A stretch of 63,987 nucleotides of DNA, counting the filler, from Atractiella rhizophila (taxonomy: Eukaryota), in NCBI GenBank assembly GCA_021432655.1. It is 5 parts of 4 records of this genome, joined end to end, with 100 filler letters (N's around TTAATTAATTAA, not from the genome) between each part and the next. Parts side by side here need not be neighbours in the genome. Positions count along the whole stretch, not along the records: positions 43,633 to 60,349 come from MU271277.1; positions 60,450 to 62,176 come from MU271289.1; positions 62,277 to 63,987 come from MU271297.1; 2 more parts are not named here. One strand, 5' to 3'. The notes beneath the pieces are model-generated. The model worked only from the letters and a program-made list of their open reading frames with translations. It had not been told where the DNA came from and did no database searches. Below, in pieces: positions 50,746 through 63,987 of the stretch. The position numbers and the translations under genes are program-made. The first letter of the stretch is position 1, and every line of letters starts with the position of its first letter.

Positions 50746-53700
50746 TCACAACCTGCTCTCCCTGTCCCTCCTTCTGCGCTCCTTATCCTCCCACACTACC
50801 TTTCCTTTACTCCCCAACTTTCCACCAAAGACGATATCGAGCACTTCCTCAACCTTCTTCACATAAATCAACTCCACCTCACCCCTAACTTTCTCCGCCA
50901 CCTCAGATTCCACTTCCCTCTTGTTCCCGAACGGGCAGATTACTTTCTTCACTCCGGCACGGTGTGCAGCCAGAATCTTCTCTTTCAGGCCACCAACTGG
51001 TGTGACAGTCCCGCGGAGCGTGATTTCTCCCGTCCTGCCAACAGAATTAGTTCATCAATCCAATTTGAGAGTGAGGGACATACATTGCGATATCTGAGGG
51101 GACTTGCCGCCTTGTCAGGAGAGAGACAAGGGCCGTGACCATGGCAATTCCTGCGACACAACAAGAATATTCAGTGACGTGCTCTGATAGGCAGATCTGC
51201 ACAGACCTGCTGAGGGACCATCTTTAGGGATGGCGCCAGATGGCAGGTGAAGATGAATGTCAAGGTTCTTCATCACGTCTTCATCTTCTTTCTCAGAGAT
51301 ACCAAGATTCCAACTATTAGCTCGCACCCAGGAATGAGCGATTTGCGCGCTTTCCTTTATGACATCACCTGTATCACATCCATCACACTTCAGTCAGCCA
51401 GTGTTGGCGCCAGAAAGGATGTGTCAACTCACCCAACGATCCTGTGAGCTTCAGGTTACCACTCCCAGGCATCCCGCGACATTCGACAATGAGGAGGCCT
51501 CCATTGCCACTCCCCATATAAGCCAGACCGTTGACAACACCAACTTCTCTTTCTCTCTCTTTAACCTCCTCTTCCCATCGTCCCGGGCCAAGAATACGTT
51601 CCAAATCTTCCTTCGTCACGACGGCATCGTATGTCTTTTGGCTACCGCTCTCCATTGCCTCGCTCCATTCCACAGTCTTCGCCCGCACAACGCTCCCAAT
51701 CTCTCGCTCAAGGTTCCTAACACCAGCTTCTCGTGTGTAATGTGCAATGAGGTGAAGAAGCGTGTCGTCGGAGATGGAAAGGTGGGAGGAAGATAGGACG
51801 TTCGCGGATAGTTGTTTTGGGAGAAGGTACCGCTTGGCAATCTCGAGCTTCTCGTCGTAGACGTAGCCTGATATTTGAATCGTCTCCATTCGATCCAGTA
51901 AAGGAGGAGAGATCGTCTCAAGAGTGTTAGCAGTAGCGATGAAAAGAACCCTAGAAAGATCCACGGGCGTGTTGATACTGTCATATCAGTCAAATAAAAG
52001 TTTGGAAGGAGCAGCGAGATGACAAACTAATGGTCGTTGAACTGATAATTTTGCTCAGGATCAAGAACTTCAAGCATAGCAGCACTGGGGTCTCCATGAT
52101 GATTGTTCATTCCGATCTTATCGATTTCATCCAAGAGGATGACAGGGTTGTTGACTCCTACCTTTTTGAGTGCTTGAACAATAAGACCGGGCCTATGGGG
52201 CATGTTAACGCTCCTAAGGCAAATGTGAGAGAAATTGCGCACATGGCAGCTACGTATGTCCTGCGATGACCACGAATCTCAGCTTCGTCCCTCACACCTC
52301 CGAGCGATATCCTAGTAAATTTCCGTCCCATACTGTCCGCCAAACTCTTCGCGATGCTCGTCTTGCCTACACCAGGGGGACCAACTAGACAGAGGATAGG
52401 ACCTTTATCTCTTGGACGTGGCGGAGCATTCTCAACCTTGATTTCTTCGCCTTCGTTCGCCTCGGATCCCTCCACAGGAGGTTCAATGAGCTTGCCTTCT
52501 TTCCCCTCCTCGGCAACTTCTGCCCGCTTCTTCTCCGCTAAACGCTCCCTTTCGGTACGTCCATCCTCGTCCATTCGAAGCTTGAGGACGGCGAGCCATT
52601 CTAAGAGTCGCTTTTTGACTTTCTCCAGCCCATAGTGGTCCGCTTCGAGTTTCTCCCTCGCTTGTGCGATGAACTCCTTCGAAAGGTTCGTCTCTATATT
52701 CGCCAACGACATTTCAGCGTGACACATCCATAAAAAGCAATGGTATTCACGCACTTGTCTCTTTGGCCCATGGGAGATCCGCCAACCATTCGAGATATGT
52801 GCGCACAACCCCATGCTCCACCGACTGGGGAGCGATCTTCTGCAACCTCTTGAGCTCGCGCATGGCCATAACGTATGCTTCTGCGTTGGCGAGCTTGATG
52901 TCCTCCAGCTTCCTCTTCAAGCCAGCAAGATCGTCTTCTTCCTCACGTTCTGGAGTGTGTCCCAGTCCAGAACCAAAGGCGAGAGGTTTCCCAGATTTGC
53001 GGTCTTTGTTCTCCATCTATCAAAATCATATATTGATCTCAATTCAGGGCAAGATAGGGAGGGATATACCTCATCTAGTTCACGTCGGATCTGCGCCATC
53101 TGGTTCCTGAGCACCCACTCCCGCCTCCTCCTTTCCACCTCCCCTTTCTTCTTCCCTTCTTGTCTTGCTTCCTCCACAGCTTCCTCCACCCCTTCCAACA
53201 TCCCTAACACAAGTCTCACCCTCGCCTCCTCATCCACCGTACTAAGCACTTCAACCTTCTCCTTCATCCCCAAGAAACCATTTGGCACCACGCTGATAAT
53301 CACATCCGCCAAAGCCCCGGCAGTTTCCTTCCTTACCTTGGCGGTGAAGGACCGAACGCGAGAAATGATGAGAGCTGAGATGAGTGGTGGCTCCGTTGCA
53401 AGAGCGTTGAGAGTTTTGCGGACTGCCTCTGAAAGAGGAGTGAGAAGCTCGGTATTGGGTAGCGCCGATGGAGGTACGACTGTGACTTCAGCCGCCAGAT
53501 GTTCCCCACCTGAAGGGACATATCGCTCGATCCGTACCCTCCTCACACCCTCCAGGACAGCGACAACCCCTTCGCCACCTCCAAGTCGCTCGACGCGTAT
53601 GATCCTTGCCGCACATCCCCAGTCACACAGATCCTCAGGCGTGACGTTGGCACGTTCCTCCTCACCCTCGTTGCCTTCAATAGTACTGGACAAAGATGGT

Positions 53701-53879
53701 TGAAGGGGAACGCAAGCGATTAGAGGATACCGCGTCACGTCCAGGTCACGGAGGGCTGTAGTAAGCACAGCACTGTGAATGCGGATTCGGAGAGAAATGA
53801 CGAGCGAAGGGAAAAGTATGGATGATGTTGGTAAAGGTAGGATAGGAAGGACGGGTGGTATGCGTGGAATCAAGGACAT
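50746..53879 (-). CDS. Lon protease, peroxisomal type (C-terminal SRL), multi-exon
   Basis: LON N-domain, [46 protein letters not shown], catalytic PKDGPSAG and PTS1 tripeptide SRL*. Confidence 0.95.
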
Positions 53880-55728
53880 CTGCAAAACAGGATCAGGTAT
53901 TAGTTGCTGCTCGGCTAATCTTTCACATATTTAATATCTGTGCCAAGGTATGCGGTATCAGTGGCCCTCATGGCATAACGCCGTGTCTGGTCATTGAGAC
54001 TCTCTGCAGCAAATTGTGTGCAACTTTCATCAACATCCGGGCCACAAAAAGGCGACGTGCGCAAACTAGCTACACAACCTAAAACTGCCTTTGCCAAACG
54101 GTTGTCAACACGGCCTCGTCCTGCAGATGAAAATGCACCTGAATCGAGCATCACCCAGCGCCTCGCTCTGGGAGAAGAGCTGCTGGGGCTCAAGAGCTCT
54201 TCACATTCCAGGCTTCACCACACACGAGGAACTCCCAATATTTATGCAAATACGAGCAGGTACTCACAATGCTGGATGATTATCAGGGAAGCTCCACTCT
54301 TGAACTAGTAGCGCGAAAGGCCAGCGATATGGGATTTAGGGTCAGTGGGGCAGATATAGGATTCCTCGTAACAGAATATTCAAGTCTAACACCACTCGCC
54401 TTTGCTTACTGATAACTTGCCTGAAATGTTGATAGGACGTGCAATTGTTGGAGGTCGTTTGTTTGTAATCTCCTGGTCCGGCTATGTCAAGCTACTAGTT
54501 CCCGCTTCAGCCGGGAGACACATCAGGGCAACCCCCACCCAACTTTTGAGGCAGTAGCCACATTGAGAGCAGCAGGTTTGTTCTAGGGTCTGTTGAGACA
54601 GCCTCAGGCATCACCAGAAGACGGTTGAACAAGCAGATCGAGTGCGAAAGTCTAGGGGGAAACCTGGAGTCGCCATCTTTCATATGGCGTTATGCAATGC
54701 ACTACTGAACGTAATGAACAAGCGTTGCTGCGTGCTAGGCGGCAGCTCTTGCTGAGATTGTTCCATGCATCTTGCTACTTTGCTACTGTAAGCTTGTGTA
54801 AACATAGTCTTGAACACCTTACACATTCCTTGCAGAATGCGCTGAGATGCAAAAGAACTCTTTCAGGTTACTGGATATAATCTGCCAAGTGCCAGAGTTG
54901 ACACGATGCTCCTGAACGTGGAAAATCAAGGGAGAGGATATGGAACAGACAGCCCAGTCAGGTGATAGAATAGATGCACGCCTGCAACGTCACAATCGCC
55001 TCGACGCGGATCGCGGCGACTTCCGAACTGCTTATCACTATAATATCCATCATGAGCTTGAATAAATCGTTGCAGCAGGAGTGACTTTTTCATTTTCGAG
55101 TCCCGAAATGCGGCATGCGTTCACATTGACATAGGGATTGGCGTGACGCGAAATGCGAGAACCTGTCCACAAAACCTCGTCGTGCTGCAGAAGCGCTCAC
55201 CGTCTAACCGTGTAACCGCAAAACAAGTGTAACCATCAGTGCGACACCACCTCTCAGCAGTTCATACTTCTTATTTCTAAGCCCAAACAAATCGTGCACC
55301 ACTTCCCGCAACTTCCCGTGTTGGCTTTGGGTGGTCGCAACATCAATTGTCGGAGCCGGCGGAACGAGAATCTTTCTCTCAACGACCACTTTGAGCATTG
55401 CGTGCACCACTTTCTTCCTATTTCTTTGCTTATAAATGATATAGAATTTATACCTTAGACTGTCATAGAATACGCTTTTTCCGTTAACCCAGCTTCAACC
55501 AACCCTGATAGAATTTTCTTTTTCTTTACAAATAAAAGTAGAATATCCAGAATCTACATAAATATCGCTTATCCCAGCTTATTCGCTAGATTATTCCAAC
55601 CGAGATATTGCTGTGAGTGCTTCTGGTGATCTGGGGAGAGCGCGGTCTTACCTACCTCCTATCGCAGGTTAACTTGAATTCATCGGAGTTCCTACCGTCA
55701 CACCGAACCCTTTTGCAGCAAGAGCAGC

Positions 55729-57165
55729 ATGTCCACAGCAGCTGTTTACACGACCACTCGAGCACGCTCCAGCTCCCGTGCCCGCCGTCCCTCCATCTCA
55801 CACCAACGAGCGCGGTCTCTATCAAACCTCTCCCTCTCCTCTCCCAAGTTCCGTCCCTCGCTCGACTTATTCTCTCCCCTTCTCGAGCGCGAAGGCCTAT
55901 CCACACTTCCCCTAGAGATATTCCAACATATTTGCTCCTTCCTTCATCCACTTGGACCTCTTGCCTCTTACACCTCAAACTCGGCAAACGACACTCGACT
56001 GGATTTACTCAACCTCGCCAGTGTGAACAAGGCGTTTTACTCCGCTTGTAGTCCTCGCTTGTTCCACACCATCGATCTGCGATACTGCTCCGTCCATCGT
56101 CTCGGCCTCTTCGTCGACTACGCGCTATATCAACATGCCTCCTCAATTCGAATACTACTCTACGACTTCTCCTCCCTCAATCTCTTCCCCGAATCCAACC
56201 CCGCGGCTCTTCGCGCGTCCTACCTTTCCAAAATGCTTACAACAGTGGAAAGGCTCGAAAGTCTATCAGTGCATTTTGGCGGCTTAGACTCGAGGAATAG
56301 GTGGATGAACGAAGGTGGAGTGCTTCAAGCATTCAGGGGACTAGTGGATGCCGTGAAGGATGTGGGAACTTCTTATTCATTGAAGCAACTGGAAATTTAC
56401 GGCCCGGCCCCACGTCCATATCCGATGGCGTTAGAAGTGCTGGATGGATTACTTGCTCGGCATGCGACAAGTTTGGAGGACCTGACTGCAGACAGGTGGA
56501 CGGAGGACTCGCCCAACGCCTCCTCCCGCCTCTCCAACCGACTCATTGCTTCCCACATCACCACTCTGACCCTCAAAGGAACCTTCACTCCATTCATCAC
56601 CCTCCCTACCAACCTCCAAAACCTTTCAATCCTGAATCCAGTCAACACAGACTTCTTCATCGATATCCTTCCACTCCTGAGCACTGTCGCGCACTCACTA
56701 ACAACTTTTGAATGGGCGGGCGACTCCGTACTCCCCGAAGGATTTGGGCTGCGTCCTCAAGCTGCAGACGAGGACGAGATCAAGGTGGAACCGATCGCGT
56801 TCGAAAGGCTCGAAACGATCAAGTTCCACCCCGATTCATTGTCGCAGCCGAGCAGTCAGTTTTGGGAGGACGAACTCGAAGCTTTGTTCTTGCGCACCTT
56901 CTCTCATCCTTCTACGCCCCTGAGAAAGGTGGAGTATTCGAGAAACAGTCATAACCTCTTCATCCGTACCATCTCCCCTCTGCTCCGTCTTTTGCAAGAG
57001 AAGAGAGTGGGAGCTGCAGGGAAGATGGGGTTGGAGGAGATCAGGATTGGGAGGAGTAGAGAGTGGAATTGGGTGATGGAGGAGGAGTGGGAGAAGGTGG
57101 AGAAGTGGAGCAAGGAGGTAGGAGTGAGGTTGGTTTGGAATGCGAGGACGTTGGGAAGACCGTAG
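55729..57165 (+). CDS. F-box-like protein, single exon
   Basis: 478-aa ORF with LSTLPLEIFQHICSFL...DLLNLASVNKAF, followed by LRR-like segments. Confidence 0.7.
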   Translation: MSTAAVYTTTRARSSSRARRPSISHQRARSLSNLSLSSPKFRPSLDLFSPLLEREGLSTLPLEIFQHICSFLHPLGPLASYTSNSANDTRLDLLNLASVNKAFYSACSPRLFHTIDLRYCSVHRLGLFVDYALYQHASSIRILLYDFSSLNLFPESNPAALRASYLSKMLTTVERLESLSVHFGGLDSRNRWMNEGGVLQAFRGLVDAVKDVGTSYSLKQLEIYGPAPRPYPMALEVLDGLLARHATSLEDLTADRWTEDSPNASSRLSNRLIASHITTLTLKGTFTPFITLPTNLQNLSILNPVNTDFFIDILPLLSTVAHSLTTFEWAGDSVLPEGFGLRPQAADEDEIKVEPIAFERLETIKFHPDSLSQPSSQFWEDELEALFLRTFSHPSTPLRKVEYSRNSHNLFIRTISPLLRLLQEKRVGAAGKMGLEEIRIGRSREWNWVMEEEWEKVEKWSKEVGVRLVWNARTLGRP

Positions 57166-58137
57166 TTGTAACGTCTCAGCGAGAGTGAGTTCTCTGTGTA
57201 ATGGAGAAGAATCTTCAATTGATGCCGTGCATAGCGCTCTTTCCTCTTCTCCATGAAGCACCTACAGGCTCTCTTACTGCCATATACATACCAGTCACGA
57301 TCTCAGTCTTTCTCCAATTAACACGGTAATATTCGACGGCGGTGCCTTGTGGTCTTTCCGGTCGCATTCAGTTTTAGTGCATAGACAACAGAGCATAGAC
57401 ACATAGAGCAGCATAGACCTCTCGCAACTTTCCCTTCTCACCAATTGCGAAGGCAAGGGCGACGACAGTTGACCGTATCCTGTTCAGAACAATATTCTCA
57501 ATGACTAAAGTACGTAAGAGGAAGTGGATTCGCATTCGTTTCATTAGTAGAGTGCAGTCAGTTTCGTAGGCTCATCGTTCTTCGTTTGGTTTCCGAATAT
57601 CTGGCTTTCGCTTCTTTTTTGGAGTTTTACATCAGTATCAACACCTAATAAATGATGAAATCAGATGCTATCATTCCTTTGAACGACCCAGTCCTTCATG
57701 CGAGCAGATGCTCGTATTACAATACAACCTCAAAGCTGACTTTCGACATAGACAAAGCGCTTTGGGCTAGGAGACAGTAATAAAGGGATCAAGAATAAAA
57801 GCCTGTGAGCATCTACTCATCTAATCCAGAGTTCGCCTCTTGTTCAGCTCGAAACAGTCAACGGTCTTTCTAATTCGTTCCTCCCGCTTCATCCTTCATG
57901 ACATTAACTCTGATGGACAGCTCTCGATATCAACGCAAACTGCGGTACTAAAGGTTACTTTCACTGACATTGACATTATAGGAGAAGAGTGCCACCATTA
58001 TGCATTTCATGAGCGACAATCCATAATGGCTAGATGACCTCGGGTCGGAGAAAATGTTAGACATAATGAATCCATGCACAATACAGACATGACTGAATGG
58101 TTAATATACAAAGTTTGCTGATACCCTAGCGGATATT

Positions 58138-60349
58138 TTATCGTCGTTCCTTAACCAGAAACACTAAAGCCAGGAAGCTCGCCAGTGTGAACCCTGCGAA
58201 GAAGACGGCTAGAACAGTGGTGTCTGGGAACCAGAATGCCTATTTACTCAGACGTCAGTTGGTGTCCGTTCAATAATAGGGCTACATACCTGCGCATTGA
58301 AGCCGAACATGCTGAGAATGGTCGCTGCTGGCACCTCAATATCCACTCCATACTGTCAATTCATATCAAAACAAATTGTGGACAGAAGAAATGCAGAGAC
58401 GAACACGATGGTCGCGAAGATGCAAGTAACGCAGTTCATTCACAAGGAGACCCTCCATTCCCGCATGGAAATAACTGACTGTCTGAAGCCATCCGAAGCC
58501 GTGAGGCATTTTCTCGGAGTTGATAAGAAGACCAGCAAATAGCAAACTGTGAAAGGTTCCCATTAGAAATGTCTTCTCTGGGTAGAAAGGCATACTTGAA
58601 GAGCATTGAGAGAGTGCCAATCAGACTCGCCACACTTTCGTTCTTCACAGCAATACCGATGAGCATAACAGAAGAAGATGCAACCAGGTTGAACAGGACG
58701 AGAACGAGAATGAACTTCCAGAACTCCGCGACTGTCGGTACCAATCCCACGGGTTTGTAAATTATTGCACCAAGGATGAACGGCGGAACGATCCTGAGCG
58801 GGAGCAGGTCGAAAAGTACCTGCCAACGAATCATCAGCGGAGATTCTCAGGTAAGTGACGAAAGGTCTGTACCTTTGCAGTAAAGTATGTAACAGGAGAA
58901 TAGTACCCATTAGCACGCTCGCGCATGAAGAGGATCCTTTCGTTTGCAAAGGTGCGCAGGGAGGTAAGACATGAGAAGCCAAAGAGCGCGAGAATGAAGA
59001 AAAAGAGCCCCATTCGGTTCTGGAATCCAGGTATGTCTTCCCTGTAGCCATATAAGCGATATTGGACTTGGGATTGATTTGCAGTACGCACGTCAAATTG
59101 CGAAAGAGGAAACTGCAAATCACTGCGGAATTGTGAGCCGTGACATGACGCTTTAGGAGAGAGACATACGAGCAAGAATGACAGAAATGAGATATTGAGT
59201 TAGCATCAACCCAGGGTTTCGATAGAGATTCTTGAAAGCTCTTCCGCTCAGAATTCTGAATTGGGTCCACAAGCTCGCTCTCCTCCATACCTTTCCATCT
59301 TTCGTATCCTCGTCAAAACTCTCGCGTCGTGTGATGCGTTTAGAGTTCTCAATCTCTTCCTGGATATCTTTCGCAATGATAGATCTCTCGTACGACGAGA
59401 AAAGATCTTTCATGCGATCGCTGAGTTCTGCTTTCGGCTTCTTCGACTTGCGTCCAAGGCTAAAAAACTTCCTACTTCGTACAGTGTTCGACGGTTCTTC
59501 ACTAATGGATCGACGAGACTCGTTATCATCACGGTCGGAGGCGGAACCGCTGACAGCGGTGCCACTACTTTCCCCACCATTGCCAGCTCCAGACTCCTCG
59601 TCGGAATAAGAAGCGCGCGACGATGGCAGTTCGTTTATGAGTGCTGACAGCTCGGGCTCGGAGTGTGTCTTGCCCTCCATTTCTTCCTGCATTGTCAGAT
59701 CAACTGGAGCTAAAATCAGCACTGTAAATTATGATCTGAGTTAAGCGTACTGAGGTAGTCTGCGATGTTAAATCCAGCAGGACACGGATACCCGATGCGT
59801 TCAAAATAATCTTGACATCTTGAGAATTCTCCAGAGTAAACGACACGTCCTTTAGCCATGAGAACAAGTTGATCAAACATCGCTACAATGTTTGATCGTG
59901 GCTGATGGATGGTGAAGATGACAGTCCTATTGTATTTCTTCGCCAACGTCACTAAACATTCGACAACGTTGAGTGCGTTGAAGGAGTCCAATCCACTTGT
60001 CGGTTCGTCAAGCATCAGGATCGATGGTGATGTGACGAGTTCGCATGCGATTGAAACACGTCGTTTCTCGCCTCCGGAAATTGCCCGTTGTCCTAAGAGG
60101 GCTTCAGCTACCTAGTTGCCATGATGAAGAAACTGTACCAGTCTCTCCGATACGCGAATCTCTGATACCCAATATTCCCAGCTCATGCAAAGTTTCTAAC
60201 GTTCTAATCTGCTTAGCTTCCAAGCTCATTCCTCTCGGTAGTCGCAACAAAGCCGAATACAAGACAGTTTCATAAACCGTCAAAGTGCCCATCAGGGTAT
60301 CCTCCTGATCGACAAACCCGACCATCCTAGAGAATTTCTCCCTTCCCAT
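58138..60349 (-). CDS. ABCG half transporter (Adp1-like), 5' partial, multi-exon
   Basis: [68 protein letters not shown] and C-terminal KERR*. Confidence 0.92.
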
Positions 60350-60449
60350 NNNNNNNNNNNNNNNNNNNNNNNNNNNNNNNNNNNNNNNNNNNNTTAATTA
60401 ATTAANNNNNNNNNNNNNNNNNNNNNNNNNNNNNNNNNNNNNNNNNNNN
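60350..60449. other. Artificial contig spacer
   Basis: N-run with TTAATTAATTAA. Confidence 0.95.
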
Positions 60450-62176
60450 CGTCTGAACCCTCCTACCTTCCGTCCATTCTCCAATTCAGCGTTGTCTCCA
60501 ACAAGCACATCATCCGCCGCTTCATCTCCCGAGGAACACGAACCAATATACTATGCCTCATACAGCGTGGCACAAGCGCGTTCCTTCATCTCTCGCCGAA
60601 TAGAGGGTACGCACTTCTCGACTCAGGAGGTAGTCAGACTAATGCCTAATACAGAAATTAAGCGGAGTGTAAAAGAAAAGGAAGAGCGAGCTCGGGTTCT
60701 TGAAAAGTCAAAGGACGAGGCTTGGTCGGTGCCGGACGACTGGAAGATCACAGCTACGGGACAAGTGCGTTGTTCTCTACTACTCGCTTCAGCTGCAAAT
60801 TGATTTTGGGAGCATAGGTACTAAACGAGGATAATCTCCCCATATTCGACATTTGTGAGGAAGAGCCACCCGCTCCATCCACTTCCGCTTCCGCTTCCCG
60901 TTCTGCAACTTCTGATGCTCTTCCCGACATGCAAATGCCAAAGAGGAACTTCTTGATCTCAAATAAAAGCGGATGGAAGCCTCCCAACAAACGTAACACT
61001 GTGAATGGAGAAGGAATACCAATCCTTGGACTACATCCTACAGGAGAGAAAGCGAGTCCTGTTGCGAGTACAAGCAGAGAGAAGTTAAAAATCTCGGATG
61101 AGACCCACAGGATGCTGGATGAGTTGGAAGTTGAGGAGGAATTGGAGGAGCTGCAGAAGAAGGAAAAAGAGGACAAAGAAGCAGAGGAAGAGAAGGAGGA
61201 GGGTGGAGAGGAAGAGGAAGGGAGAGGTGGCGGTGAAGACGAACGGGAGGAGCTGATAGAGGATAGCAGCGAGCAAGATGCGGAGGATAAAAGACGAATC
61301 GAGGAACTCAAAGCAGCCTATCTCGCAAGGAGGCGTGCCAACAAATCTGAGCCTCCCGTTTCATCCCCCGAGCCACCTACAGGAACTGATATATCCGTTC
61401 AAACGGCACCTACGGTCGCGTCGCCTCCGTCTGCGTCTGCCTCCCTCCCACGTACGTCTGAAGTTACTCCGACTTCCTCCAACTCGTCCCCAGCTCCACC
61501 AAACTCTGTCACCAGCTCCTCAATGCAAGATGAAACAGAGAAAGACGAAGCAACGCGGAAGATGCAAGCCCTGAAAGCAGCATATTTGGCACGGCGGAAC
61601 TCTGACAAGACGAGGAACAACGCCCCGTTTCTCCCGCTCAACTCCACCCCAGTTTCATCTCCAACCACTTCTCCTGCTTTGGTTTCGCCTACCTCGCCCA
61701 TCTCATCGATCCTCCCGCCATCCCCCCCTACAACTGCTTCCACACCGAGACCACAATCTCCGATCTCAGCTGTTCCCCCTTACCTTGTTGATAGCGCTGG
61801 ATCCCCCATCAAACCCGCGCTGAAGAGGAAAGGGACTGAGACGCCTCCCAAGAGAGTGAGTTTCAGCTTACCGGCCGGTAAAGTGGGTAGTGAAGGGGAG
61901 GAGAAGAAAAAAGTGAAGAAACAACCAATTATACTTGGGTGGAGAGAAGAACCGAAGGTAGAAGAGTTGACTATTGAGGACATTCAGAAGTCGGAAGATG
62001 GAGAAGACCAGCCAGCGCTCTTTGTCAGTCAAGGAAACTTTTACTCGCCCGAGAGATATAAGAAGAAGAAGGAAGATGGACCCAAAATGAAGAGAGTTGT
62101 TTTGGAGGATGTCGTGGAGAAGAAGCCTAACGGAACTACTGACGCCTCGAAAGTCAAGCAGACGTTGGAAGAGAGG
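60450..62176 (+). CDS. Possible URI1/Bud27-like prefoldin-related protein, partial at both ends
   Basis: YYASYSVAQARSFISRRIE (prefoldin-like) and spliced VLNEDNLPIFDICEE, followed by a long acidic and proline-rich region. Confidence 0.5.
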
Positions 62177-62276
62177 NNNNNNNNNNNNNNNNNNNNNNNN
62201 NNNNNNNNNNNNNNNNNNNNTTAATTAATTAANNNNNNNNNNNNNNNNNNNNNNNNNNNNNNNNNNNNNNNNNNNN
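62177..62276. other. Artificial contig spacer
   Basis: N-run with TTAATTAATTAA. Confidence 0.95.
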
Positions 62277-63987
62277 AGCAGGATGGAGAGTGGAAAGAGT
62301 TAACTTACCGCCTCGTGAGAAACTTGCTCCTTCCCTCACCACACTATCGAGTTTCTCAGGTAGGCGTTCGACAGCTTCCTTAATCTGTCGGCGCAGAAAT
62401 TTGGTCATGTCAATCTTTAATAACGACTAGGAGGTCAGCTAGCCTACCTGGCAACGCTCCAGTGCTTCCCAAATTTCTGAATCCGTCCTATGCTCCTCCA
62501 GATCAAGATTTTCTCGAAGAGTTAGCTCGAGCATCATGGGATCTGAGCCGGAGGTTCAGAAACGCTCAGACTTTTAGACATTCGATCGAGTACGGACCTT
62601 GAGGAATGATAGTCAAGTTTGAACGAAGTTGCTTCAGAGAAAGAGTTGATATATCCACACCGTCAACTTCGCCAATAAAGGTCAGCCTACCTCCGCCTCT
62701 AGAAGAAAGTAGAGAATCACCAGAAATCGAACCGCCTTGGTCGATGGGTAAAAATCTGAATAACGCGTTGAGAAGCGTTGACTTGCCTATTGTCAGCTTA
62801 CAAGTCAACACAGTAGCCGGACAATAAATGAGTACCTACCGCTACCACTTCTTCCACAGATACCTAAACTTTCTCCTCCTCTTATCCGAAATGTCAAGCT
62901 TTTTAATGTCGGGGGAAGATCAGGTCGATAACGGACTGAAGCGTTGTGAAAGAGCACAGAGCCTTCTGACGGCCAATCTTTCAGACTTGATTTGGAGGAG
63001 GTTGGACCTGAATCGGAGGAAGAAATTGGTTCTTGTTCTGGCGAGAGTTCCCTGACGCCCATTGTGAGGAAGTCTGACATTACCGAACTACTCACGCGAA
63101 GGATTTGAGTCGTTCCATGGCAATTATAAGTATCTCCGCGTCTGTCATAAAACTTGCGGCTTTGTCAGCGGCTGAATCTCCTTCAAAGAAAGCTAGACAC
63201 ACAAAAGGAGCCGGTTAAGAACATTGGTCAGGTTGGTTGCTTGCACGAGAGCAACAGCAACTAAAGCTGCGGAGCTGCTCTTCCTCAAGATAACCGCAAG
63301 GACGACCAAAGCGAGATTGATCAGCGTTGATATGAGAGATGCATTGGTGGTGAGCCATCGGCGGGCAACATTGAGAAGAAAGTAGGGTTTTTGGGAACTG
63401 TGCGTTCGGGAAGTGTTCATTCGAAGGAGAGTGTCCTCTCCAGCAAACGCGCGGATTGTTCGAAGGCCATTGGGATCAATTCTGGGAAGCCATCAGCCAG
63501 GTCGTGGGGCGATAGAAGCATAAATCACCTACGTTTCTCCGAATAAGGAGTATAGAGGTGACTTGCTTCCCATATCTAGACGTCCTTTACCAAGGGTGAG
63601 AACGGACAACAACAGTGCACAACACTTACGAAGCATGCGGCTTGTGTACTGCATTGAAGCGATTGGATCAGCACAAGCAGGAAGGTACAGAAAGAGTCGC
63701 CGCACCGCGTAGAATTTACGCATGTAGTAGAAGAGGATAGCGGCAAAGAAGAAAACGATGAGAATATAAGGTACAGAAACACTAATAAGAACGACAGAGC
63801 CGACAAGTACGAGGGCTTCGAGCGATGTATTGAGCATTGCAAGTGGGAGCTCCCAACTATTTAGAGTCTGATTTTCAGTAGCTGCGGCAGGATGATGACG
63901 CACTCGAGGACAAAAATGTCTTGACTGAACCGGTTGATGATTTTCCCAAAACTATTCGTGTCTGAAAGAAATCAGGTTTTGAACCCG
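62277..63987 (-). CDS. ABCC/MRP-type transporter, TMD2-NBD2 portion, partial, multi-exon
   Basis: GKIINRFSQDI, RLDMGSKSPLYSLFGET, GLRTIRAF, WPSEGSVLFHNASVRYRPDLP, GICGRSGSGKST and LRSNLTIIPQ. Confidence 0.9.

Noticed and set aside
53900..55700. Short ORFs in long intergenic regions (also 24600-25990 and 49800-50700)
   Set aside because: No recognisable motifs or consistent exon structure.

Overview
Intron-rich fungal genomic DNA; gene content and ~50-60 nt GT-AG introns suggest a basidiomycete. It is a pseudo-scaffold: four NNN-TTAATTAATTAA-NNN spacers mark artificial contig joins, so adjacency across them is unproven. Most genes are housekeeping: LEU1, L-2-hydroxyglutarate dehydrogenase-like, ERG10, NOL10/ENP2, kinesin-5, dynamitin, HBS1, chitin synthase, an HMG-box factor, RNase Z, TFB4, peroxisomal Lon, an F-box protein, and ABCG and ABCC transporters. 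The main accessory region is a ~10 kb island (32038-42132) within one contig, bracketed by diverged ~560-580 bp direct repeats that copy the 3' end of the neighbouring gene. It carries a patatin-NB-ARC-TPR fungal NLR with 17 near-identical 120-bp repeats whose variation clusters at a few codons, and a patatin domain lacking the canonical DGG catalytic motif. Directly downstream lies a second, headless, more diverse TPR cassette with the same N- and C-caps, which is either a silent donor or a pseudogene. The HBS1 gene has two in-phase alternative 3' splice sites that predict a Ski7-like isoform. Two tandem duplications (ERG10 3' half, patatin 5' end) are probably assembly artefacts. All calls come from manual motif recognition; no searches were run.
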